43,732 nt of DNA from Candidatus Woesearchaeota archaeon. Its GTDB lineage: Archaea > Nanobdellota > Nanobdellia > CAZCWL01. A program made the translations under genes and the position numbers. How positions within the stretch are numbered: the stretch's first letter is position 1; each line of letters opens with the position of its first letter. This document shows, piece after piece, positions 17,916-26,554 of this stretch. The notes beneath the pieces are model-generated. The model was not told where the DNA came from. It saw only the letters and a program-made list of their open reading frames with translations, and searched no databases. The stretch covers positions 1 through 43,732 of the forward strand of contig CAZCWL010000002.1 in assembly GCA_964502435.1 (NCBI GenBank), written 5' to 3'.

Positions 17916-19783
17916 ATTAATCTCCACGTGTACAAGTTTATCTCACACATTCCTTCATCTAGTGGAATAACTTTTGTAGCTAGTTTAGCATTTGGGGGAA
18001 TTATTCTTGTCATGCTTGGGGATCTGCCCTCCTTCTCTTTATCTTCTGCTGGTGTCACGATCTCACCAGACATTAACGAACTATTGTAGCTGCTTTTGTA
18101 CAATGTTCCAATGCTGTACACTAGCACAGCATTGTTTGTTCCACCAGGCACGTAGAATATAACATCTGCTCTCGTTGTTTTCTCAGGGTTTATCTTCTGG
18201 ATTGTGACACTGTCTACGTCTCTGTGGATGTTCACATAGTTCGCTGTGTGGTTTGTATCATTTGATGCGTAGTAAATATCTATTGTGTATCCTTTATTAG
18301 CTATCATTGTTGTTTTTATTGTTAAGTCTACGTCTGTTTTGTTTCCATTCGTAGAATAACTTTCTAGGTCAACTGGTACTTTATCCCCGTCAACAAAAAC
18401 AGTTATGGAGTTTATATCCACTGTTTTTCCTTCTTCTACCTCTAATGTTGCAGACAATCCAATACCACTGTCTATTATGTCATAACTTGATCTTGCAGTC
18501 ATTCTTACTCTGTACCAGTCAAATATGACATTTCTACTTGCCATACCTTTGTCAGTTTTTACTAGTATTGAGTTTTTGTCTACATTGGATGGGAAGTTGT
18601 AAGCTAGCATGAACGTTTCTGTTCTATTTGTTATATTCTCTTGACTTCCCACACTCGCACTTATCCCTGCTTTACACAACTCCATTTGGTCCACATAAAT
18701 GTGATCTCCACCATCCCCTAGATCTGTTGCGAATGTTATGGTGTCTAACGTGCTGTAACCAAGAGAGGATAGATTGTACGTGTAGAAGTACCATCCATCT
18801 TCAATTGATAGTACATTCTGTGCACTCTGGTATGTGTCACAATCACTACTGTTAGCTTTTGCTATTACTCTTTTGTCGAGAGATACACCGTTTGTCACGT
18901 ATGCTACAATGCATGTGTCAGCTTTATCATCCTTTTTTAATTTCAGTTTAAGTATTGGATACTCTTCTATACTAACATTTAGTATGCTTGCGTTATGGTT
19001 TATACACACTTCTTGCGTTCCGTTTTTTGTGCCTGCTTTTAGGTGTTCTGGCTGGGCATCGTCTGTTTGCATCGAGTAACCCATACCTTTAACCACAAGG
19101 GATGGAGAGTTATCGCAGTCATCAAAGTAATCCCATTTGTTTCCATTGGTCCCGAAGATCTGCACGCATGAAGAGTGTGCAATCTCGAAATCATACTGTG
19201 GTTCTTCTGCTTCTGGATTATTATAGTACAGATAATACTCCTTTTCTTCATACGGGCTTAAGCTTGTGAAGAAGCTTATGTATGCACTGTTACATCCGTT
19301 GTTGTATGTGGTATTGAAAACATGTATTGGTACTAGTTCTCCCTTTCTGACTAGTCTTAGCTCTTTTGTACAGTTAGTTGTGTTTTCTACTTCGACTTTA
19401 ACAGTAACTACTTCATTGTCTCGTTCGTATCCTTGGTCTTCCCTCACGATAATTTTTTTCCTCTTTAGCCAATCTCCATACCATGCTTCTTCGTCAATTA
19501 TTATTGGTACTTGGTATGTCATGGTAACTTTTGATCCCACATACTCTTCAGATAGTTCACTAGACATCATACTCTCAAGTGCTGCTAGGTCATAGTTGTT
19601 TGCAGCACTAGAGATAAAGTTTTCACTTACACTATCTAAGTATGACTTTCCAATGTCCATTTCTATCTTTGGTTTGTATTGTGAGTAGACATTTGTGTTC
19701 AGATAGACGAATATCCAACTTATTGCTACCACGAGCAGTACAACTTCTGTTACTCTTACAAACGCTTTCAAATCCACCACCAA
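17912..19783 (-). CDS. large prepilin-signal surface protein with DUF2341-like beta modules
   Basis: The track start is TTG at 19783. A TTG at 19771 overlaps the upstream TGA (TTGA) and would give MKA|FVRVTEVVLLVVAISWIFVYL. Modules such as KKIIVREDQGYERDNEVVTVKVEVEN...GELVPIHVFN...KEYYLYYNNPEAE resemble the DUF2341 pattern. Rich in N-x-S/T sequons. Confidence 0.65.
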   Translation of the reverse strand: MVVDLKAFVRVTEVVLLVVAISWIFVYLNTNVYSQYKPKIEMDIGKSYLDSVSENFISSAANNYDLAALESMMSSELSEEYVGSKVTMTYQVPIIIDEEAWYGDWLKRKKIIVREDQGYERDNEVVTVKVEVENTTNCTKELRLVRKGELVPIHVFNTTYNNGCNSAYISFFTSLSPYEEKEYYLYYNNPEAEEPQYDFEIAHSSCVQIFGTNGNKWDYFDDCDNSPSLVVKGMGYSMQTDDAQPEHLKAGTKNGTQEVCINHNASILNVSIEEYPILKLKLKKDDKADTCIVAYVTNGVSLDKRVIAKANSSDCDTYQSAQNVLSIEDGWYFYTYNLSSLGYSTLDTITFATDLGDGGDHIYVDQMELCKAGISASVGSQENITNRTETFMLAYNFPSNVDKNSILVKTDKGMASRNVIFDWYRVRMTARSSYDIIDSGIGLSATLEVEEGKTVDINSITVFVDGDKVPVDLESYSTNGNKTDVDLTIKTTMIANKGYTIDIYYASNDTNHTANYVNIHRDVDSVTIQKINPEKTTRADVIFYVPGGTNNAVLVYSIGTLYKSSYNSSLMSGEIVTPAEDKEKEGRSPSMTRIIPPNAKLATKVIPLDEGMCEINLYTWRLI

Positions 19784-20529
19784 GTTTCTATCTTCAGCAA
19801 TAGTAAGTACTCACTGCTGTTGAATACTTCTTTTTTGTACACGTCTCTTGTGAAGGAGGTGGTTGAAGTACCATCTTCACCATATGAGTTCGTTAATGGA
19901 ATGCAACCAACTTTAAAGTAATTGTACCCTGTAGCATTTGTTCTCATGCAGTTTGCACCTTTACATACGTTTAGTATGCTAACGTAGAAATCATGGGGTG
20001 AGTATGTGATTATCTTTGCGCTTGTGTTTGGGTAGATTGTTATGACCTTGTTTCCGTAACTGTCTGTGCTAATGTTTGTTATCAATGTGTAATTTCCTGT
20101 TGTTCTGTTGATGAAGGAGTACGCTACTCCTACCTCTGAAGGGATCTTTATCTTCACTTGCTCCTCATTTGTTGTGATATTTATTACATTGTTCTCTCTC
20201 CAGATATGGCCTTTGCATACGTCGTAGTCTGGCATGTGTAAACCCACTACTTTGTACGTTACTTTTACTGCCTCTACACCTTGCTCTTTGATGTAAGGTA
20301 TCTTATCAAGATCAGTGTTTGCAATCTTTCTGAACAGTATGCTATTTCTGATGTATGAGACTGTTGAGCTCACTGTGCTTGTGAATGGATCAAACATTCC
20401 AATGAGCTTTATGACAATAATAGTTACCACAATAGCAAACAGAGCATACCCTACCATGAAGTCTATGTCTATTACCTGGCCTCTAGACGATAGTGATGCT
20501 GAACTTTGATTTCGCCGAATACGCATCAT
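19768..20529 (-). CDS. prepilin-signal (pilin-like) protein
   Basis: 253 aa. Basic N-terminus ...SSRG|QVIDIDFMVGYALFAIVVTIIVIKLIG. A perfect SD (GGAGGT) lies 6 nt upstream of the ATG, inside the 3' end of the preceding gene. Confidence 0.6.
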   Translation of the reverse strand: MMRIRRNQSSASLSSRGQVIDIDFMVGYALFAIVVTIIVIKLIGMFDPFTSTVSSTVSYIRNSILFRKIANTDLDKIPYIKEQGVEAVKVTYKVVGLHMPDYDVCKGHIWRENNVINITTNEEQVKIKIPSEVGVAYSFINRTTGNYTLITNISTDSYGNKVITIYPNTSAKIITYSPHDFYVSILNVCKGANCMRTNATGYNYFKVGCIPLTNSYGEDGTSTTSFTRDVYKKEVFNSSEYLLLLKIETWWWI

Positions 20530-21583
20530 AGCTTACCTCCACATAGCATGTGTTGTCTCCTTTTGTTTTTGGAGCGTTGACATTGACCCTAAAGAACCCG
20601 TCTGCGTCTGTTTTTCCTGTTCCTTTGTTATTTTCACATATAACTGTTACGTCTGCACCTCCTAGTGGTTTACTCTCGATTGTAGCTTTACCTTGTACCT
20701 CTATTAACTGTCCTGGTACGTACCTTGTGTAGGTTAGAGGGGTTAAATCTATGTATATCTTCTCAGGGAATATGTAAACAGCGAATACCACCAGTGCTAC
20801 TACTACAAGTATTAGGCTTGTTCTAAGGCCAGCTGTCACTTTTCCATCCGTTACTACTCCAGATAGAACTCCTGTTGCTATTGCTTGGATCACTGTAGCA
20901 GCAAAGAATAAGACTTTGTAGAACATTAAGTCCACTGGTTGCGTTGCTCCTCCTGTTAAAGCTTGTGTGTTTACACTTGTGATTGGTATCATGATGTTAT
21001 ACAGTGCAATTATTATTGCTATGAATACAAAGAATATGATATATATGACAAGTGTCTGCTCTTTCATTGCTGATCTTCTCTCTCTTTCCATATTCAGGAT
21101 AGATCTAGCTGCTTCAGCTATGTAATCAAGTGTTTCGTCTAGTTTACCTCCAGATCTATACGCGTCAGTAACTATAGCTATCATTCGAGTTAGGTGAACA
21201 GAATCAGAGTACTTATTTTTTAAGTCATTCATCACCTCTATAAACGGAACACCCCAGGATATTTTTATAGCCATTTTCTTTATTTCTTCACTTAAAGGCC
21301 CGTAATTTGCTTTGCTTGCTAGCTTTATTGCTCCTGTTAGTGGCATTCCTGCTCTTATTGACTCAGACAGGTCATTTAGGAAGTTTGGAAACGCTTTTTC
21401 GATTTCATTCAGTAACCTTAATCTCATGTATTTGATAATGGAGTATGGTCCAATAGAAATTATTATAGCTATCACAGCACCGATTGCCAAGTCTGTTATG
21501 TTATTGTAGGAAATTAGAAAGTATGCGTACACAATTATGCCTATTATAATACTACTTATCAGTACAAGTGTTTGTTTTCTCAT
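20483..21583 (-). CDS. T2SSF-domain pilus platform protein (TadC/PilC-like half) with C-terminal Ig-like beta-sandwich domain
   Basis: 366 aa. One T2SSF-type cytoplasmic domain (FPNFLNDLSESIRAGMPLTGAIK...AYRSGGKLDETLDYIA) is flanked by TM helices. The last ~93 aa (GGADVTVICENNKGTGKTDADGFFRVNV...) resemble a carboxypeptidase-regulatory-like fold. Confidence 0.78.
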   Translation of the reverse strand: MRKQTLVLISSIIIGIIVYAYFLISYNNITDLAIGAVIAIIISIGPYSIIKYMRLRLLNEIEKAFPNFLNDLSESIRAGMPLTGAIKLASKANYGPLSEEIKKMAIKISWGVPFIEVMNDLKNKYSDSVHLTRMIAIVTDAYRSGGKLDETLDYIAEAARSILNMERERRSAMKEQTLVIYIIFFVFIAIIIALYNIMIPITSVNTQALTGGATQPVDLMFYKVLFFAATVIQAIATGVLSGVVTDGKVTAGLRTSLILVVVALVVFAVYIFPEKIYIDLTPLTYTRYVPGQLIEVQGKATIESKPLGGADVTVICENNKGTGKTDADGFFRVNVNAPKTKGDNTCYVEVSYDAYSAKSKFSITIV

Positions 21584-22444
21584 TTAACCACCTGTTGGCG
21601 ACGCTGCTTTTATCATCACCACAAAAGCAGCTGTTAACACAGGTAAGCCAACAAATATGAGGAATGTTTGTAATTGTGTTACCCACGCTCCCCCCATGCC
21701 AAAGATTCCCATGATTGATGACATGACTAGAGCAAATATCGTGCCAACTATGACTACTGTTATGTAAATCTCAAGGTAGACACTTAATGAGTCTGTGAAT
21801 GATTTTATCCTATTTTTGTAGTTTTCCAGGGCAGCATTGGCTTTCTCTGTTATGTACTTTCCAAGATCCCCACCCGTTGTTATGGTTGATCGCATACCAA
21901 CTAGTAATTCTCTGAACTCATCTGAAGGGATTTTTGCTGCTTCTACTTCTATTGCTTCAACTGTTTCTAAATTCAGTATGTGTATGTCATCAACTATGCG
22001 TTGACATATCTTTGCAATCTCTTTGAAATCCTTAAACTTTGCAATGGTTTCGAATATTCTGTAAGGTGGCAATCCTATGCTTGCCATAGCTGCCATGTAG
22101 ATAGCTACATAGTACAGTGAGTTTTCAATGTTCTTTTTAATGGCACTTGCGTTCTGTTTTGGCCAGAGGTACAGCACAAAGAATGCTATACCTGCTACCA
22201 CTACTGAGACAAGTAGTGCAATTGCTATCCCAAGCATGCCAATTAGTGAGTAGAACAGTATGGACATCACGATAGAGAACATTAGGAATACTAATCCAGA
22301 GATAAGTATCATCATTGCAACGTACTCTTCTAAGCTGTATGGTAAGTGTGACTTTTTTAGAGGGTCTTCTATCTCCTTGAAGTACTTTACTTTATCTTTT
22401 ATTACGTTCCTTAGCAGCCTGTAAGAGTACTCTCCAAAGTTCAT
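21584..22444 (-). CDS. T2SSF-domain pilus platform protein (TadB/PilC-like half)
   Basis: 286 aa. N-terminal and C-terminal TM helices surround one T2SSF-like domain (...ELLVGMRSTITTGGDLGKYITEKA...). Its ATG overlaps the ATPase TGA. Confidence 0.78.
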   Translation of the reverse strand: MNFGEYSYRLLRNVIKDKVKYFKEIEDPLKKSHLPYSLEEYVAMMILISGLVFLMFSIVMSILFYSLIGMLGIAIALLVSVVVAGIAFFVLYLWPKQNASAIKKNIENSLYYVAIYMAAMASIGLPPYRIFETIAKFKDFKEIAKICQRIVDDIHILNLETVEAIEVEAAKIPSDEFRELLVGMRSTITTGGDLGKYITEKANAALENYKNRIKSFTDSLSVYLEIYITVVIVGTIFALVMSSIMGIFGMGGAWVTQLQTFLIFVGLPVLTAAFVVMIKAASPTGG

Positions 22445-24534
22445 GCTACACCACGTTTCATGTAGAAGTAAGGATTTGTGTAGAATGATTGGATGTTGTA
22501 GGCTACCTGATCAAACTCCACTATCTTGTGTGTTGCCATCCAGTTGAGAAAATTAGCTCTGTTCATTAGATCATGCCTCAACTCTTCTATGTTATAGCCC
22601 ATTGATTTTGCTAGTTTGTCAAGCATAACGCTCTTTTGGGCTATGAATCTGTCGTTTTTAGCGTCCCACACGTAGGATGTGTTTGTTATTATGTTATCTG
22701 TTTTGTAGTCGTACGCAACTATCTCTATGATCTCTCTGATTCTTCTTATAGTCTTACCTGCTCTTTTAACACGTGTTAGGAATACCACTATGTCAAGATT
22801 TTCCAGCATAGCTTTAGCTAGCTCTATTGGAGGGCTTGTTAGTCTGTTCACAAGGGCTGCAAAATTATCAGCATGCAGTGTTCCCATTGCAGGATGTCCT
22901 GTTGCTATGCCTTGGAACATAACATAAGCTTCTTTACCTCTGATCTCACCAACTATTAGGTAATCTGGTCTTTGCCTCATTGCTGCTTTTAGAAGATCGA
23001 ACATGCTTACTTCTCCTTGTGCACTCTTTCCGAATCCAGGTCTTGCCACCTCTGGAATCCAGTTCACATGTGGTAGTCTAAGTTCTGCTGTGTCTTCTAT
23101 TGATATGATCTTTGAGTTTGGAGGTATGAACATGGATAGAACATTTAGCATTGTTGTTTTACCTGTTGCTGTAGTACCTGCTACAAGTATTGATGAGCCA
23201 TTCTCTATTGCTAGCCATAAGTAAGCAAGTATCTTTGCGTCTGCTGTGCCAAAGTACATTATGTGTATAGGTGTTATTGGTTTTGTAGTGAATTTTCTTA
23301 TTGTGAAGTTTGATCCGTGTCTAGCAATGTCTGTTCCGTACGTTGCTTGGATTCTTGAACCATCAGGCAGTGCAGCGTCAAGTAACGGTTGTGAGACACT
23401 CAAAGCTTTTCCAGCTTTTTGTGCTAACCTGAGTACAAAGTTGTCTAGTTCCTCTCTGCTTCTGAACACGATGTTTGTCTCGATCTGTCCGTACAAAGGA
23501 TTTCTATGGTAAACAAATACAGGTATGTTTACACCATCGCATGATATATCTTCGATGTTTACATCGTTCATTAACGGCTCGATCGGACCTAACCCTACAA
23601 AGTCTCTGTAGATGTAGTAGTATATCTTTAATTTTTGTGTTGGACTTAGTTTAACTTTTATGAGCTTTATTATCTCATTTACTTTCTTTGTGAGGTAGGC
23701 AAAGGCTTTGTTTTTGTTTCTTATCCTGTCAAATGGTATATCCACTTTTTCTTTCAACATCTTCTTTATCTCTTCTAGTATCTCTTTTTCTTGTTTACTT
23801 AGAACAGGCTCAATTACATCGTACTTAAGGGATCTTCGCCTTGGGTCCCAGTAGATGTGACCCATTGCTACAGGGATCCTTCTCTTCCTTATTGGAAGTT
23901 CTACAAGCGGGAATTGCTCGTTTGTGCGTTGTAGTTCTTTTATTACTCTGAGTTTTGGAGTTTCTATAGCCTCTACTCCAAGCTCAACTGCTTTGTATTG
24001 CGGTTTTATTCTACTTTTTGCCTCGTACGTTGATACGTATCCAGGCGGTTGAGCAGGTGGTGTTGTGGCAGCTTCTACTGCTTTTGCTGCTAGATTAACA
24101 AAAAGATCTGGAGGAAGCTTAACAGATGGGATTTCAACGGATGGGGACTTTAATTCTATTGCAGGAGTTTTCATTTCTACTGTTGGTTGGACAAATTCTA
24201 CTTTCTCTGCTTTTATTGGGTGGGAGACTGCCTTTTTTTCTATCTCTTTTATCTTCTCTTCTATCATCCTTTGTAGCTCTTTCCACTTTTCTTCATCTTC
24301 TTTTGATAGCTTTGGCTTGGTAGGTTTTTCTACTTTGGGCGGTGCTTGCTCTGCTTTTTGAGACGGTTTTGGTGCTTGTGGCTTGGTTTCAATTGCTTCT
24401 TCTTGTTTTGGTTTAGTTACTTGTTCTTCAAGCTTTGTTGTTTTTTGTTCTTTAGCTGGTTTGGACGTAGTTTCCTCTAGCTTTGGTTTTACCTTGTTTA
24501 TTCTTTTTACAGCCGTTGTGAGGTTTAGCATCAT
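22441..24534 (-). CDS. type II/IV secretion family ATPase (FlaI/PilB/TadA-like) with long low-complexity N-terminal extension
   Basis: 697 aa. Walker A AGTTATGKTT, Asp box IISIEDTAEL, Walker B RPDYLIVGEIRG, His box GHPAMGTLHADN. The first ~200 aa are rich in K, P, E, Q and T. Confidence 0.9.
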   Translation of the reverse strand: MMLNLTTAVKRINKVKPKLEETTSKPAKEQKTTKLEEQVTKPKQEEAIETKPQAPKPSQKAEQAPPKVEKPTKPKLSKEDEEKWKELQRMIEEKIKEIEKKAVSHPIKAEKVEFVQPTVEMKTPAIELKSPSVEIPSVKLPPDLFVNLAAKAVEAATTPPAQPPGYVSTYEAKSRIKPQYKAVELGVEAIETPKLRVIKELQRTNEQFPLVELPIRKRRIPVAMGHIYWDPRRRSLKYDVIEPVLSKQEKEILEEIKKMLKEKVDIPFDRIRNKNKAFAYLTKKVNEIIKLIKVKLSPTQKLKIYYYIYRDFVGLGPIEPLMNDVNIEDISCDGVNIPVFVYHRNPLYGQIETNIVFRSREELDNFVLRLAQKAGKALSVSQPLLDAALPDGSRIQATYGTDIARHGSNFTIRKFTTKPITPIHIMYFGTADAKILAYLWLAIENGSSILVAGTTATGKTTMLNVLSMFIPPNSKIISIEDTAELRLPHVNWIPEVARPGFGKSAQGEVSMFDLLKAAMRQRPDYLIVGEIRGKEAYVMFQGIATGHPAMGTLHADNFAALVNRLTSPPIELAKAMLENLDIVVFLTRVKRAGKTIRRIREIIEIVAYDYKTDNIITNTSYVWDAKNDRFIAQKSVMLDKLAKSMGYNIEELRHDLMNRANFLNWMATHKIVEFDQVAYNIQSFYTNPYFYMKRGVA

Positions 24535-25475
24535 TATCTTGTTTCTATTTCTATTTTTATATGGTTTATAACAGAGTCAGATGTTTCTTCTCTACCTAAT
24601 GGAATGGCTTTTATCCTGTACTTTCCATCGGATACACTACATCTGTCTTTACATGTGATGTTTATGTAATAATCTTTTCCTGTTATATCATCTCTTAGGT
24701 GAGTGTGATATATCCTTATGAAATTATCACTTGCTTCTTGGGTTATTATAGCCTTTGCCACTATTATACTTTGATCATCTATACCTAGTATACCTTTGTC
24801 CCAGACGTAGTCTCCTCCTATATACACTAATCCATCTGTTGAGTATTCAACAACGTATTCTTTGTTATCTTTGTTTATCTTGTCATAAAGGCAAGCACAG
24901 TCAGATTGACATTGGATTGGAGATGACTCGTTTAAACATACGTAGATGTATCCTGGATCAACGTCTTGGGTGCAGTAAGATGTATTTGTGATGTTAAATA
25001 CCCACACTGTGTACGTGTGTCCGTACATTGTTAGTGTGGCGTTTTGTGTGTTGTAAGTGTCTGGGCAGCCTTCCCCTAAGTCAAGGTTTGGTACATCAAT
25101 TGTGTCGTTTGAGAATGTTTCTCTTTTAAATGGTAGTTTGTAGCCTTCTAGTGGGACCCATTCCACAGCAGATATGACAGGAACTGCTGTCATTGCTCTT
25201 ATTTCTACTATTCCTTGCCCCCCTACAACGTCATCATTTTTTATAGACAGAGTTGTGTCTTTTAAGCTTATGTCAACTGTTTTTACTGTGCCTGACTCTG
25301 CTGCTGATAAGATTGTTTGGTCGATTGATTTTGCCTGTTCTATCAAGGTGTTTATTTTGCTTCTGTCAAAGCTTTTTTGTATTAAAGGTCGTCCCCATAG
25401 GTATGCAGCGAATACTATTATCAAGATTATGCCAACTAACAGTATTGTAGTTAGTATCTCCTGCTGGCCTTTCAT
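24534..25475 (-). CDS. prepilin-signal (pilin-like) protein with Cys-rich C-terminal domain
   Basis: 313 aa. MKG|QQEILTTILLVGIILIIVFAAYLW. It has its own candidate TATA box upstream and overlaps the ATPase start by 1 nt. Confidence 0.65.
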   Translation of the reverse strand: MKGQQEILTTILLVGIILIIVFAAYLWGRPLIQKSFDRSKINTLIEQAKSIDQTILSAAESGTVKTVDISLKDTTLSIKNDDVVGGQGIVEIRAMTAVPVISAVEWVPLEGYKLPFKRETFSNDTIDVPNLDLGEGCPDTYNTQNATLTMYGHTYTVWVFNITNTSYCTQDVDPGYIYVCLNESSPIQCQSDCACLYDKINKDNKEYVVEYSTDGLVYIGGDYVWDKGILGIDDQSIIVAKAIITQEASDNFIRIYHTHLRDDITGKDYYINITCKDRCSVSDGKYRIKAIPLGREETSDSVINHIKIEIETR

Positions 25476-25496
25476 AACTATAAGTAGAAATTCTGT

Positions 25497-25510
25497 GTAT
25501 AAATAATTTT
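25497..25510 (-). promoter_or_regulatory. candidate BRE/TATA for the assembly-gene part of the pilus operon
   Basis: The minus strand reads AAAATTATTTATAC, with the TATA-like part centred about 26 nt upstream of the ATG at 25475. This implies a leaderless or near-leaderless transcript. Confidence 0.35.
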
Positions 25511-25512
25511 GG

Positions 25513-25529
25513 AAACAAAAAATAAAATC
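25513..25529 (-). terminator. oligo-T terminator after pilin gene 25530-25970
   Basis: The minus strand reads GATTTTATTTTTTGTTT immediately after the TAA. Oligo-T tracts are the usual archaeal terminator signal. Confidence 0.45.
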
Positions 25530-25970
25530 TTAACTTGCTGTGCAGGTTGCGGACTGCTCTCCTCCACCCGGAGCATTTACTCTTATTGAGTACGTGTGAC
25601 TTGACTCCATACCACTTACCGTGAAGTATATCAGTTTTATGCCTCCTGTTTCGATGGTTCCAACTGCTGAAGCGTTTGTTGCTGTAGCGAGTGTTGTTCC
25701 GTTTGTGTACATCGCTGTTAGGACCCATGTCCCAGCACTTATTGCATCACCCTGATTCCTAACATAAAAGCTTATATTATTCGAACTTGAATCGCAGACG
25801 AGACCTGTTATTTGAAACTGTATGTTTGCTCCAGTACTTGTTATCCTTCCTGAAACTTGCTGCTGAATCCTACCTTGTGTGGAGGTAAACCACAAGTAAG
25901 CTGTTCCTGCAGCTGCTACTGTCATAAGTAGCAACAGAACAATTGCAATTATTGGCGTTATCCCTTTCAT
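25530..25970 (-). CDS. archaeal type IV pilin (Pilin_N type), paralog 1
   Basis: 146 aa. MKG|ITPIIAIVLLLLMTVAAAGTAYLW is a textbook class III signal plus hydrophobic helix. Two Cys residues. SD AGGTGA lies upstream. Confidence 0.85.
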   Translation of the reverse strand: MKGITPIIAIVLLLLMTVAAAGTAYLWFTSTQGRIQQQVSGRITSTGANIQFQITGLVCDSSSNNISFYVRNQGDAISAGTWVLTAMYTNGTTLATATNASAVGTIETGGIKLIYFTVSGMESSHTYSIRVNAPGGGEQSATCTAS

Positions 25971-25983
25971 GATGATTCACCTA
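25816..25983. repeat. 168-bp block identical between the two pilin genes (5' UTR/RBS plus codons 1-52), copy 1
   Basis: Identical by eye to 26366-26533, with no synonymous differences. Confidence 0.9.
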
Positions 25984-26004
25984 TTTTATTCTTAGATTCA
26001 GAGC

Positions 26005-26017
26005 TATATAAATTTTT
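26005..26017 (-). promoter_or_regulatory. BRE/TATA promoter of pilin paralog 1
   Basis: The minus strand reads AAAAATTTATATA, followed 30-35 nt later by the ATG, with AGGTGA in between. Confidence 0.5.
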
Positions 26018-26029
26018 GGATAAGGAATT

Positions 26030-26040
26030 AAAAAACAAAA
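26030..26040 (-). terminator. oligo-T terminator after pilin gene 26047-26520
   Basis: The minus strand reads TTTTGTTTTTT a few nt after the TAA. Confidence 0.45.
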
Positions 26041-26046
26041 GAAGGC

Positions 26047-26520
26047 TTAGCTTGCTGTGCAGGTTGCGGACTGCTCTCCTCCACCCGGAGCATTTAGTCT
26101 TATGGTGTAGCTTTTAGTAGATTCTATCAGTGAGCCATTTATTTGTACTGTTGTTAGGTCTGATATATCTCCTGTTACTAGTGTTCCATCACCTTCACTA
26201 ACGTTGAAAGTTCCTACATAAGTTGTGCTGTCAGTGGCAGAGTCGATTACTGTTATGATCCAGCTCGTGTTCGTTATACTATCTCCTTGGTTTCTTATGT
26301 AGAATGATATGTTGTCATTTGCGCTAGCATCTGCTGTACCAGTACATTGTAAACCTACTATCTGGAACTGTATGTTTGCTCCAGTACTTGTTATCCTTCC
26401 TGAAACTTGCTGCTGAATCCTACCTTGTGTGGAGGTAAACCACAAGTAAGCTGTTCCTGCAGCTGCTACTGTCATAAGTAGCAACAGAACAATTGCAATT
26501 ATTGGCGTTATCCCTTTCAT
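26047..26520 (-). CDS. archaeal type IV pilin (Pilin_N type), paralog 2
   Basis: 157 aa. The N-terminal 54 aa and the C-terminal NAPGGGEQSATCTAS are identical to paralog 1. The central ~85 aa are divergent. Confidence 0.85.
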   Translation of the reverse strand: MKGITPIIAIVLLLLMTVAAAGTAYLWFTSTQGRIQQQVSGRITSTGANIQFQIVGLQCTGTADASANDNISFYIRNQGDSITNTSWIITVIDSATDSTTYVGTFNVSEGDGTLVTGDISDLTTVQINGSLIESTKSYTIRLNAPGGGEQSATCTAS

Positions 26521-26533
26521 GATGATTCACCTA
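26366..26533. repeat. 168-bp block identical between the two pilin genes, copy 2
   Basis: See 25816-25983. A second shared block of 57 nt with 2 mismatches covers the 3' ends (25530-25586 and 26047-26103). Confidence 0.9.
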
Positions 26534-26554
26534 AATTAATATTAAAAACAGTAG

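Noticed and set aside
25366-25728. 120-aa minus-strand ORF bridging the 3' end of pilin paralog 1 and the 5' end of the 313-aa gene.
   Set aside because: It is out of frame with two better-supported CDSs and runs through their terminator and promoter spacer. The R/N/H/K-rich translation has no motif.
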